From a virus (taxonomy: Duplodnaviria > Caudoviricetes), in the IMG/VR virus record IMGVR_UViG_3300049828_000315, positions 1 through 33,731 of that record: a DNA stretch of 33,731 nucleotides. The stretch is one strand, 5' to 3'. The translations under genes were made by a program, and so were the position numbers. The notes under the pieces are model-generated. The model was not told where the DNA came from, ran no database searches, and worked only from the letters and a program-made list of their open reading frames with translations. This document shows positions 25,861-33,731 of this stretch, piece by piece; position 1 is the first letter of the stretch, and every line of letters starts with the position of its first letter.

Positions 25861-26434
25861 ATAAAGCCCTTCGCTTTGAGATCCTGCTCGAACGCATCCG
25901 CTTCAGCCTGCGTCATAGGAGTGACGCCACCGGTCTTCGCCCGTCTATTCTGCTCATCTTTCCAGTTGTACATATCCCAGAACTCTCCTGGGGTAAGTCC
26001 CCACGCGTCCTCGCGGGATAAACCAAATTCGAGTGTGGCCGCCGTTACGAAGCCGCTCCACTCGATGGCGGATTCGTCTCCCCGTTTCCCGAGTCACCTT
26101 CAGCTTTGTTCTTCGGACCAGCCTTGATGATGAAGCCGAATATCTCAGCGACGGGTTGCATGAAGTTGACGAAGCCTTCCTCCACGATCTTGTCGCCAAT
26201 CTGCTCCACCGTGACCTTGCCGGAATTATCCGGATTGGCGTTGATGAAGCAGGTGAGGATAGTCGCCACATCCTCCACGCCAACGTCTCCGAACTGGAGG
26301 CGTTCCATCAATTTGACCATGCGCGTGTTGAGCGCCTTTTCAATCTTGACGATGGCGGAGTAGGAGGGACGCATACCGTAGGCTTTATCACCTATGGTCA
26401 CGATCACTTCGGAGCGGGCGGGATTGGGTTCCAT
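25857..26434 (-). CDS. Tail assembly chaperone long form (gpGT-like, about 192 aa) via -1 frameshift
   Basis: Slippery G GGA AAC at 26090-26084. The -1 frame reads RGDESAIEW...FGLSREDAWGLTPGEFW...GFI and stops at 25857, overlapping the tape measure ATG. Confidence 0.85.
26045..26434 (-). CDS. Tail assembly chaperone short form (gpG-like, 129 aa)
   Basis: Lies between major tail and tape measure genes; MRPSYSAIVKIEKAL pattern. Confidence 0.85.
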   Translation of the reverse strand: MEPNPARSEVIVTIGDKAYGMRPSYSAIVKIEKALNTRMVKLMERLQFGDVGVEDVATILTCFINANPDNSGKVTVEQIGDKIVEEGFVNFMQPVAEIFGFIIKAGPKNKAEGDSGNGETNPPSSGAAS

Positions 26435-26472
26435 CGGGTTGGCTTTCAGATAGTGGGGTGGTGGCTATCGGA

Positions 26473-26904
26473 TCAGGCAGCCGGGGTGTAGGTCGGGGTA
26501 CCGCTGGATTCGAGCTTAAGGTTGTAGGTCTCCTCGCCCGCGAACTCGCCAGCGCGGTCGATGCCCGCGACCTGGAAAGCACCGACGACAGTATCACCGA
26601 AGCCCGAGACGATCTTGAAGTTCAGGATGTCGCCACCGGTGGTGCTGAACACGGCAGCCATGAGTTGGCGCGTGACTGCAGTGTTCTTGATCGGACCAGC
26701 GGCGGTGATGCTCATGGACTTGAGCCCGGCGGACGCCAGAAGCTCGCGCCAGGGCGCGCCGTCCTTTTCAGTGACATCCACCTGCGCGTTGTTCACGCTC
26801 AAGCTCGTGCTGCGCATGGAGCTGACGGTGGTGTAGGTGCCGGAACCGGGGCTGTTCTCGATCTGCACGAGAAAGTTGCGCCCCTTGTATTTTTCGTTGG
26901 CCAT
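26473..26904 (-). CDS. Major tail tube protein (TP901-1/GTA-like family)
   Basis: KGRNFLVQI, MRSTSLSVN...VDVTEKD..WRELL..AGLKSMSI...G, Y.L.LESSG; AAGGAG RBS. Confidence 0.9.
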   Translation of the reverse strand: MANEKYKGRNFLVQIENSPGSGTYTTVSSMRSTSLSVNNAQVDVTEKDGAPWRELLASAGLKSMSITAAGPIKNTAVTRQLMAAVFSTTGGDILNFKIVSGFGDTVVGAFQVAGIDRAGEFAGEETYNLKLESSGTPTYTPAA

Positions 26905-26919
26905 GAATGAGTCTCCTTG

Positions 26920-27330
26920 TTAGGACGTGGTTGTTGTTTCGATACGGTACGTTGCTGCGACATGATGCGTCTTACCGTCTGGATCAGGCATGTGTACCGT
27001 AGAAACATGCCGAACGAGGACAGCTTGGAATCCTTGGATGAACAAATCATTCTCGTGAAGCGATGCGTATATCGCATCAGCAATCTGCGCTGCGCCTTTC
27101 GTCCCAGTGCGCGCCCACCCATGTATGACCACGGTGGAATCGTTCCCGGCAACGTCCTTCTCCCCGAGGTCGGTCATAGTCCAGCTCCCGATGGAGATGA
27201 ACGGGTATGCCGTTTCCTGGGGAGGTGAGGCGTCAAATACGCGATCAGACACCAAAGCCGCGACGGACGTATCCGCCTTGAGCTTAGCCACAATGGCTAT
27301 GAGGGTCTGGAGGGTCGGATCGCGTGACAT
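26920..27330 (-). CDS. Tail terminator / completion protein (DUF3168-like)
   Basis: LKAD..VAALV..RVFD..P...AYPFISIG, IHGW, D.DG.T.H. Confidence 0.85.
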   Translation of the reverse strand: MSRDPTLQTLIAIVAKLKADTSVAALVSDRVFDASPPQETAYPFISIGSWTMTDLGEKDVAGNDSTVVIHGWARTGTKGAAQIADAIYASLHENDLFIQGFQAVLVRHVSTVHMPDPDGKTHHVAATYRIETTTTS

Positions 27331-27331
27331 A

Positions 27332-27682
27332 TCAGATGGCCGGGGTAACGCGCAGCGCTTGGCAGGTGATCGTGGTCACCGAGCTGAACGTGATCGTCAC
27401 GTTGCCGTTGGCGTCGTTATAGAGGCTGGGAGGGAAGGGGCCGATGAGCTTGGACGTGGCGTTGGTGACCGTGATGGTGCGGGCGGTCGGGGTCACACCA
27501 TCGATCGTGCCGCCGGTTCCCCAGGCGATCGTGACGGTGATGGGAGCGCCAGCTCCGTTGGCGACCTCGATGAACTCCTTGCCGGTGTTGGCGATGGTGT
27601 GACCATCGGTATTCGCAGCGGTGAGCGCCTTGAGAGCGCCAGCGCGGGAAATGTCAAGGACGGTGAGCGGAGTTGCGGCCAT
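27332..27682 (-). CDS. Hypothetical beta-rich virion protein (116 aa)
   Basis: High-expression codon bias; NTGKEFIEVANG...ITVT...IGPFPP.LYN..G.V.I. Confidence 0.75.
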   Translation of the reverse strand: MAATPLTVLDISRAGALKALTAANTDGHTIANTGKEFIEVANGAGAPITVTIAWGTGGTIDGVTPTARTITVTNATSKLIGPFPPSLYNDANGNVTITFSSVTTITCQALRVTPAI

Positions 27683-27685
27683 GTG

Positions 27686-28186
27686 TTAGCCTTTCTTGGG
27701 CTTTGCGACGCTGAACGCGTCTTTGATGTACTTGGGAATGAGATGCTTGTTTTTCTCTATGGCGGGGCGGAGGAAGGGACGTTCACCCATATTGCGCGTG
27801 CCGAACTCTAACGCCGAAGCGTAGTCAGCTTTCACTGCGACGGTAGCGGCAACCCGAGTCTCGTCGGACACGACGCTGATAGACCCGGCCAGATGTCCGG
27901 TATCCCAGGCGGGTGCTTCTCCTGGTGCGGACGCTTGGTGGATGCGCTTTCTTGCAGCGTCAGCGCCTTTCAGATTCCAATTCACCTTCTTGATATCGCG
28001 CATCTTGCCGTACTGCGTGCCGGTCTTGGGAGGGTTGCGAATCGCCATCACAGCGTCGTTGCGAATCGCCATGGCGGCTTTCGTCAACTGCTTCGTGGAC
28101 TCACGGCGCATATCAACGTCCATCTTCCGCAGCTTGTTGTTCAAGCGGCGGAGGTCGGAGACTTTGAATGCGGCCTTCAGATTCAT
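27686..28186 (-). CDS. HK97 gp10-like neck/tail-completion protein
   Basis: HQASAPGEAPA.DTG.LA.SI, YA.ALEFGT..M..RPFLRPA. Confidence 0.9.
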   Translation of the reverse strand: MNLKAAFKVSDLRRLNNKLRKMDVDMRRESTKQLTKAAMAIRNDAVMAIRNPPKTGTQYGKMRDIKKVNWNLKGADAARKRIHQASAPGEAPAWDTGHLAGSISVVSDETRVAATVAVKADYASALEFGTRNMGERPFLRPAIEKNKHLIPKYIKDAFSVAKPKKG

Positions 28187-28515
28187 TGCGCAACGCCTTC
28201 TTCGCAGGCCATCTCAAGATATATGTGGCGCTCTTCAAGATCTGCGATGTCGCGGATATTGAAGAAGCGATCCTCAAAGCGTATGCGCCATTTCTCAGAC
28301 ACGCCACGGATATATCGTATGGTGATTGTCTCCATAGTGGTAGCGGTGAGCTGGCCATTCATCTGGCGCTCGCCTCCGCGACCGGGACGCATCTTGGCCC
28401 AGGCTTCCGTCACCTTCACCCAGGAGACGGTAACGCCACCAGCGCCGTTGTCGGTCTCGACGGGACGCTCAATCGTTATGCGCCGGTTGAGATCCTGGGA
28501 GCAGAGCATCTTCAC
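28183..28515 (-). CDS. Head closure protein (SPP1 gp16-like)
   Basis: LNRRITIE...D.AGG....W.....WA, ITIRY, R.FNI..I. GTG start at 28515 overlaps the upstream stop. Confidence 0.85.
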   Translation of the reverse strand: MKMLCSQDLNRRITIERPVETDNGAGGVTVSWVKVTEAWAKMRPGRGGERQMNGQLTATTMETITIRYIRGVSEKWRIRFEDRFFNIRDIADLEERHIYLEMACEEGVAQ

Positions 28516-29156
28516 GCGGTCACCCTTTCGATACGGTAGGCGCTTATCAGAACGCCGCAACCAGCATCTGTCACGCACTTCTCAGGAGATCCGCAGTCGC
28601 CACGGTTGGTATAGAAGTGCGAAGCCAGCATCTGGATCGCGAGAAGTAGAGGAGCGGGAACCGCGCCGACCGTATAGCCGACGGTGTAATCCACTTCCAC
28701 GCCGTTTCGATCCCGTCCAATCACAGGCCATACGTTGCCGTTCTTCAGAACCACGCGACCGGGCAAATCCTGGGAAGAGGCGTCCACGCGGTATATCGTC
28801 GAAGACGCGACCTGGGCCACGTCGTTGGCATCGTACATGCGGACCTGCTGCACGCTGACGAGCGGTGCGTATGGCAACTCAATCATCGGAATGCTCAACG
28901 CTCCGACAGCGCCTTCCATGACGCCGTCCCACCAAGGTAGTGTAGCGCCAACGCAGTCGAACGAGGCAGTGAGGGTCTTCCTACGAATCGCACGACCAGT
29001 GAGCTGTTCGATCATCTCTCTCGCGCTGGTGATGTACCCCTCCAGCAGCGGCAATTCTGAATCGTCAGATACGCGAGCAGCCGCCTTGACACGTTCGACG
29101 GACACCGGCTCTTGCGAGTCAAGAACGGACGTGACCAATACACGAGGACGGCTCAT
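28512..29156 (-). CDS. Head-tail connector/adaptor (gp6-like)
   Basis: EPVS....K...RV, I.SARE.IEQ.TGR, LPYAPL.SV, Y.VGY..VP..L..AI.ML.SH.Y.NR. Confidence 0.9.
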   Translation of the reverse strand: MSRPRVLVTSVLDSQEPVSVERVKAAARVSDDSELPLLEGYITSAREMIEQLTGRAIRRKTLTASFDCVGATLPWWDGVMEGAVGALSIPMIELPYAPLVSVQQVRMYDANDVAQVASSTIYRVDASSQDLPGRVVLKNGNVWPVIGRDRNGVEVDYTVGYTVGAVPAPLLLAIQMLASHFYTNRGDCGSPEKCVTDAGCGVLISAYRIERVTA

Positions 29157-29467
29157 GCTAATGCTCCTTTGCCGACTTGTACAGTCTCAAGGCGATACTC
29201 TTGTTTGAGGCTGTTCTGCGTTACCTGCATGCGAATGTTGGCATACCCCACCGGGACCGTCGCGGTGATCGCTCTCGGAATAATGCAAGACCATGCTCCG
29301 GTGGTCACATTGTCAATGGTGCCGTTCTGGGTTGCGCCTACTTGGACGCCGTACTCGTTGAGAACGGCCACCTCAATGGTTGCTCCGGTTAGATTCAGTG
29401 CACTTCCATCGGCGTTCGATATGCTGCCCGATGTGGGCCAGTCATCGCCCGTGAAGTAGGTATTCAT
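29153..29467 (-). CDS. Small BppU-N-terminal-like virion protein (104 aa)
   Basis: GDDWP...I.NADGSALNLTGATI pattern; AGGAG RBS; ATGA overlaps. Confidence 0.65.
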   Translation of the reverse strand: MNTYFTGDDWPTSGSISNADGSALNLTGATIEVAVLNEYGVQVGATQNGTIDNVTTGAWSCIIPRAITATVPVGYANIRMQVTQNSLKQEYRLETVQVGKGALA

Positions 29468-29766
29468 GACCGGCTCCTGAGGGTAGCGTATCCGCGTGAC
29501 GAAGAAATAGTAGCTGGAAATGTCATTGTTGAGCCGAGACCGGGCGAGGTTGTTGTGGCGGTTATTCCGGTCAAGCGAACCGATGGGTTGGGCGATGTAG
29601 ACTGCGCGTCAGGCGCTCCTAATGACGAAGAGGCGACGCCAGAAGACGACGCATAGGCCAAATCATCAGCGGATGATATGAGGCGCTTGAAGGCGACTAC
29701 CGAAGTTATGACGCCCCAGGAGTTGCCCCAGGCTTTTCCCCAAGATTTGCCCCACGCGCTGCTCAT
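29464..29766 (-). CDS. Hypothetical Ser/Thr-rich protein with N-terminal (WGxx)4 repeat (100 aa)
   Basis: ATG 29766 overlaps the upstream stop; MSSAWGKSWGKAWGNSWG. Confidence 0.7.
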   Translation of the reverse strand: MSSAWGKSWGKAWGNSWGVITSVVAFKRLISSADDLAYASSSGVASSSLGAPDAQSTSPNPSVRLTGITATTTSPGLGSTMTFPATISSSRGYATLRSRS

Positions 29767-32700
29767 GCTGGATTCCATGGATTGGCTTCGGTTCCGTCGC
29801 CAGTTACCAGATCATCGTCAACGTAGTGGATATTCGCGTCCACCTGTCCTGGGACAGTGAATGATAGGCTGTCCGTCTTGGCTTTGACGGCGCTGACGGT
29901 CACCTCTCTGGCCAGGACGCCGGATGCTTCTATCTCTGCCAGCGTCGGAAGCGCGGCCACGTCAGCGGTTATGTTGTCGCACGCGGCAATGAGCACCGGG
30001 CTTGACGGCATCATCACATAAGCGGTCGTCGTGTCAGGAACAACAGACCATCCTCCGCCGTGGCCCACTTCAACGGTGGCAACCTTGGTGGTGCCATTGT
30101 ATGCGCAGACCATTCCGACCTGATCCTCGCCAGTTCCGCTAACCAGGAACACAAGCTGGCCGATGTATGTATCGTCAAGGCCGGAGGCGTCGGAGTTTAG
30201 CGTGATGGTGTTTGCTCCGCCAGCAACGGCCAGCCCTTCATTCACGCTCACAAGGTCTGCATGGCAATAGATGATGTATTCGCTCGTGGCGTCTGGAGCT
30301 ACCTTCCAATTGCGATTGACGGTCATGGTCTTTGACGCGCCCGCATATTGCAGGCAGATACGACACTGGCCCGCGCCGGTTCCGTCTACAATTGCGATCA
30401 TTGATGGATCGTATGCGCCGTTGACCGCGCTCGCGTCCGTAGCTAGCTGGATCTGGTTAGGCCCGGTTCCTGGTCCACGGGCGATGCCATCGAGGACGGT
30501 AGTCGATGCGACTTGGCGAAGACGACGGCCAGCGGAGGTCTGGATGTTGTGCGTTGCCCCGGTTAGAATCTCATCCCATACAGCGTCTGCAATTACTGAG
30601 GCGCTTGGCGCGGACGGGATTGCCGCTATCGCTGCTTCGACTGCGCTCTGATCCGCCGGATCGGACGGAAGGTTGTCTGTCTTGGCTTTGATCTCGTCAA
30701 TCGTCGCGTCCTTGGTTCCGCTGACGGCGACGAGATTTATCAGACCGTTGGCAAACTTCACCGTCTGACTTTCGTCGGCTATGATCACCACACCATCACT
30801 GCGCGTCCATGATGCGTCTATCCAATTCGCGGGCAGTCCGGTGTTGTCTATCTGCATTCCTACAACAGAGGCATCAACCTCGAAGTTATCAAGATTGAGG
30901 TCACGGAACGCGCCGAAGAAATAGCGCATTCCATTGGCAGTTGTCGCAATCTGATAATAAAGCCACGTCGCCAGCTTCCATCCGCTGATGGTGGTTATTG
31001 AGGCATCAACCTGGATATTGGGAACGTCCAGGGCAAACCCGGTTACATTAGCGCCCTGGTACGCGGTCCCCTTGTCGTGTATCGTTTCAAGCACCGGCCA
31101 AACGGACTGGACGCCAGTGAATGCGATGCCGGTATCCGTCAGCACGGCCGATTCAGTGAGCATCCGGTAAATCGTGCCGTCGTTGCGGTAAAGCGCGGAA
31201 GAAAGGCGGAGGATGTCACCAACCTGAGCCAGACCGACACCCGTCCCAATCGGCACGTCGAACGAGTAGCCGAGGCTCGACAGAGTCACTAGGTCAAGCT
31301 CAGTATCTTGTGTGACGTTATACAATTGAACCTGAGAATTGGTCAGGATGTCGTCGTTGCTGACTGTTGGGCTATTGTTGATCGTAAGCGTTCCGGTTCC
31401 CGGCCCGGTCGTGTCGAGCGTCGGGGATGTCTGCGAGGCTAAGGTACGGACGACGATGTTAGCATTGCTATCATTCTTGACCGTCAGGCCAGCGCCCAGC
31501 GCACTCACAGCGCGGAGGTCCAGCGTCGTCGTGGTCGGGCTGCTCAGGCTGTCGAGGTTGATGATCCCGCTGGCGAAGCTGCCCGCCATTTGCCCGGTGG
31601 TCAGATTGGCGAAGTCCAGAACGCCACCCTGCATGTTTATCGTACCTGTTAGGACAGTGACGTTCGCCGCGTTGAGTTGGCCCTGGATATTCGCACCACA
31701 ATCCAGCGACCCGCCGTTGACGTTCAGAACCGCACCGCTGGTGATGCCGAGCGGCAAGCCAGACAGGGTTCCGCTGGTCAGGTTGAAGGTGCAGCTTCCG
31801 CAAATGTCAAACGCCGCGCCGGTTCCTTGTAGCGATTGATCGCGGAAAATGTTGGTCGCAGTCAACCATTGCTGGATATAATAATCATATATCCCTTGGG
31901 TTGACGCATTTCCAGCCTGCGTGGCGGACGCGCCAGCGAAATTGATGGTTGTCCCGGTGGATGGGTTCGCGGTGTAGTTGCCGTCTGCCGTCACCAGTAT
32001 GTTTTCAGCTATCGGTGCGCCGGTAACGGTCTTCGGCACCTCTACTCGGATATATCCCGGTGTTCCGACGTACAGATTCAACCCGGTGTATGTCGTCGCA
32101 CCAAGGCGATACCGCACAAATCCGGTGGCCACGCCGCTGCCATCACTGGTCAATGCCCCGCTGACGAAGGTTGAGCTATAAGTCCGGTTGGTATCGGTGC
32201 TGTCAAAGTACGCGACGACAAATCCGCTTTTCGGCGTAACGCCTTCTAGAACGGTATGTGTGATCGCGCTGTAAAACTCTACCGTAGCCGTTCCCAGGTT
32301 TGCGATACTGGTGTTGACCGCGCGGATTGTGACACCCGTACCGGCGATGGTTCCGATGGTGCAGTTATTGAGCCGGTACGTTCCGGCGGCGAGCGTCAGC
32401 GTCCCGGTTACGGTGATATTGTCGAGGGTCGTAACGCTGGAATTATAGACAAGATCGCTGAATGTTCCGCCGTTTAGCGTGACCGCTCCTTGGGCCGTCG
32501 CAGTCCCGCCAGAGCATCCGCCGGTATAGGTGCCGGTGACTTTGGCGACCCAGGCGCTTCCGCTGATTGCGCCGACGCTTGCGGCTGCGGAGTCCAGGGT
32601 CAGCGAGGTGCAGAGGTATGCGGACCCAAGAAGTATCGTTGATCCGGTGCGGCCTATTGGCGTCTTGATAGTTTCGTATGCGACGTTTCCGACGACTACG

Positions 32701-33731
32701 CTTGACCCGTAGTCGTAGTTTTTCTGCGCGGTTTCAAGTTGCGTGTACGCGCTGACTGTTGCTAGGGTCGCCTCTGTGATAAGCGTATCGGTGACCACAT
32801 TGTATCTTAGCGCATATGCGGTTGTGCCCTTGAGGACAGGGATCGTTTCAGCGAACAAATACCCATACGAGAATATCACAAACTTAAAGCGGTCGGTGCT
32901 GGAATTATCCAGTCCGCGATAGTCCCAGGTGATATCTTGGAATCGCGTCACCGATGCTGCTGCTACGTTCTGACGGACCGCCGCGAGCAACACGCCGCCA
33001 TCGGTCGTGAATGACGAGGCTCCAGCCGTGAGGGATGACGCATAGGTGCGATCTGCGGTGTAGGACGGGTTCGTGCCGATTTGGTTTGCGGCAAGTCGGC
33101 TGCCGTTGTTAGTGTCGCGCATGAAGATGCGGCCCGCGACTCCGGTTCCGGCAGCATTGGTGATAAGCGCGTTTACTTCCTGCCTGTATTCATGAAGTCC
33201 GCGATTGAGTGCGACTCCTGGCGAGGGTTGATTGCCTGCACTGGTAACATCCGAACCCGTTGCATTGTTAACTATTCGCGACCAGACATCGGACCAGAAC
33301 CCATTATCGACATTATGCCCCGCCTTGAGGGTCGGCCCATTAGTTTCTATCCAAGTATTATCTGGGGATGAGCCGGAATAGCTTATCGCCACGTCCATCT
33401 GCTTAGGTAGGTATCCTTGGACGGTGCCTGATGCGCTGATCCTAACGAGTGTTCGACTGATCAAACTTAACCCATAGATAACAACATCACTACTCGATAA
33501 ACGCATCTGACCGTAATTAACTGCGTCGGCGGAAATTCCCAACGCCCTTGATGTTGTGTTCGTCGAATAAATCCGCGTAGTAGCCGTAGCCACGTCGCAA
33601 TAAATAGGCTGGTTAGATTCCTCGCGCCCGCCGAACCAGTCAAAGCGCCCGGTCGCATCGTTATTGAGGATCATCCCCTCCGTGGGCGTTCCTCCATTCG
33701 TGCATACAACCGTGCCGCGCAAATTCATGTC
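29763..33731 (-). CDS. Large T/G/S/A-rich virion structural protein (at least 1321 aa, probably 5'-truncated by window edge)
   Basis: Frame stays open to the window end (GAC before the ATG at 33728). Beta-helix-like low-complexity middle, tandem beta repeats near the C-terminus, ends G.GT...PW.P. Confidence 0.85.
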   Translation of the reverse strand, partial: DMNLRGTVVCTNGGTPTEGMILNNDATGRFDWFGGREESNQPIYCDVATATTRIYSTNTTSRALGISADAVNYGQMRLSSSDVVIYGLSLISRTLVRISASGTVQGYLPKQMDVAISYSGSSPDNTWIETNGPTLKAGHNVDNGFWSDVWSRIVNNATGSDVTSAGNQPSPGVALNRGLHEYRQEVNALITNAAGTGVAGRIFMRDTNNGSRLAANQIGTNPSYTADRTYASSLTAGASSFTTDGGVLLAAVRQNVAAASVTRFQDITWDYRGLDNSSTDRFKFVIFSYGYLFAETIPVLKGTTAYALRYNVVTDTLITEATLATVSAYTQLETAQKNYDYGSSVVVGNVAYETIKTPIGRTGSTILLGSAYLCTSLTLDSAAASVGAISGSAWVAKVTGTYTGGCSGGTATAQGAVTLNGGTFSDLVYNSSVTTLDNITVTGTLTLAAGTYRLNNCTIGTIAGTGVTIRAVNTSIANLGTATVEFYSAITHTVLEGVTPKSGFVVAYFDSTDTNRTYSSTFVSGALTSDGSGVATGFVRYRLGATTYTGLNLYVGTPGYIRVEVPKTVTGAPIAENILVTADGNYTANPSTGTTINFAGASATQAGNASTQGIYDYYIQQWLTATNIFRDQSLQGTGAAFDICGSCTFNLTSGTLSGLPLGITSGAVLNVNGGSLDCGANIQGQLNAANVTVLTGTINMQGGVLDFANLTTGQMAGSFASGIINLDSLSSPTTTTLDLRAVSALGAGLTVKNDSNANIVVRTLASQTSPTLDTTGPGTGTLTINNSPTVSNDDILTNSQVQLYNVTQDTELDLVTLSSLGYSFDVPIGTGVGLAQVGDILRLSSALYRNDGTIYRMLTESAVLTDTGIAFTGVQSVWPVLETIHDKGTAYQGANVTGFALDVPNIQVDASITTISGWKLATWLYYQIATTANGMRYFFGAFRDLNLDNFEVDASVVGMQIDNTGLPANWIDASWTRSDGVVIIADESQTVKFANGLINLVAVSGTKDATIDEIKAKTDNLPSDPADQSAVEAAIAAIPSAPSASVIADAVWDEILTGATHNIQTSAGRRLRQVASTTVLDGIARGPGTGPNQIQLATDASAVNGAYDPSMIAIVDGTGAGQCRICLQYAGASKTMTVNRNWKVAPDATSEYIIYCHADLVSVNEGLAVAGGANTITLNSDASGLDDTYIGQLVFLVSGTGEDQVGMVCAYNGTTKVATVEVGHGGGWSVVPDTTTAYVMMPSSPVLIAACDNITADVAALPTLAEIEASGVLAREVTVSAVKAKTDSLSFTVPGQVDANIHYVDDDLVTGDGTEANPWNPA

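Noticed and set aside
27107-28858. Long + strand ORFs (234 aa and 321 aa) in the structural region
   Set aside because: They are antisense shadows of well-supported - strand head-tail genes, with no motifs or RBS.
1-33731. Presence of many palindromic restriction sites (for example GAATTC at 332, GGATCC at 3411) as proof of base modification
   Set aside because: Compatible with the hypothesis but not diagnostic without observed/expected counts and a known host.

Overview
The window is part of a tailed dsDNA phage genome with a siphovirus-type tail, organised as two convergent arms. The + strand (about 560-17857) begins with a C-rich, repeat-containing non-coding leader and small early hypothetical genes. 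It continues with a replication/recombination block: SNF2 helicase, RuvC-like resolvase, Cas4/AddB-like exonuclease, Sak4-like ATPase, SSB-like protein, family A DNA polymerase and a primase fused to an AAA+ helicase. Next come a four-gene nucleotide cassette (MazG/dUTPase-like NTP pyrophosphatase, dCMP deaminase, ThyA-like enzyme, Tmk-like kinase), small hypotheticals and a 3D-domain muralytic protein. The - strand (33731 to 17786) carries morphogenesis genes: a large truncated virion protein, head-tail connectors, tail terminator, major tail protein, tail chaperones with a -1 frameshift, tape measure, distal tail, hub and tail fibre. No terminase, portal, capsid, integrase, tRNA or CRISPR array is visible. 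The main finding is that both the ThyA-like enzyme and the Tmk-like kinase carry substitutions at base-recognition positions that point from uracil/thymine to cytosine. This suggests a pathway making 5-methyl-dCTP (a possibly 5mC-substituted genome) or an unusual dCMP to 5mdCMP to dTMP route. All calls come from motif recognition by eye; no searches were run.
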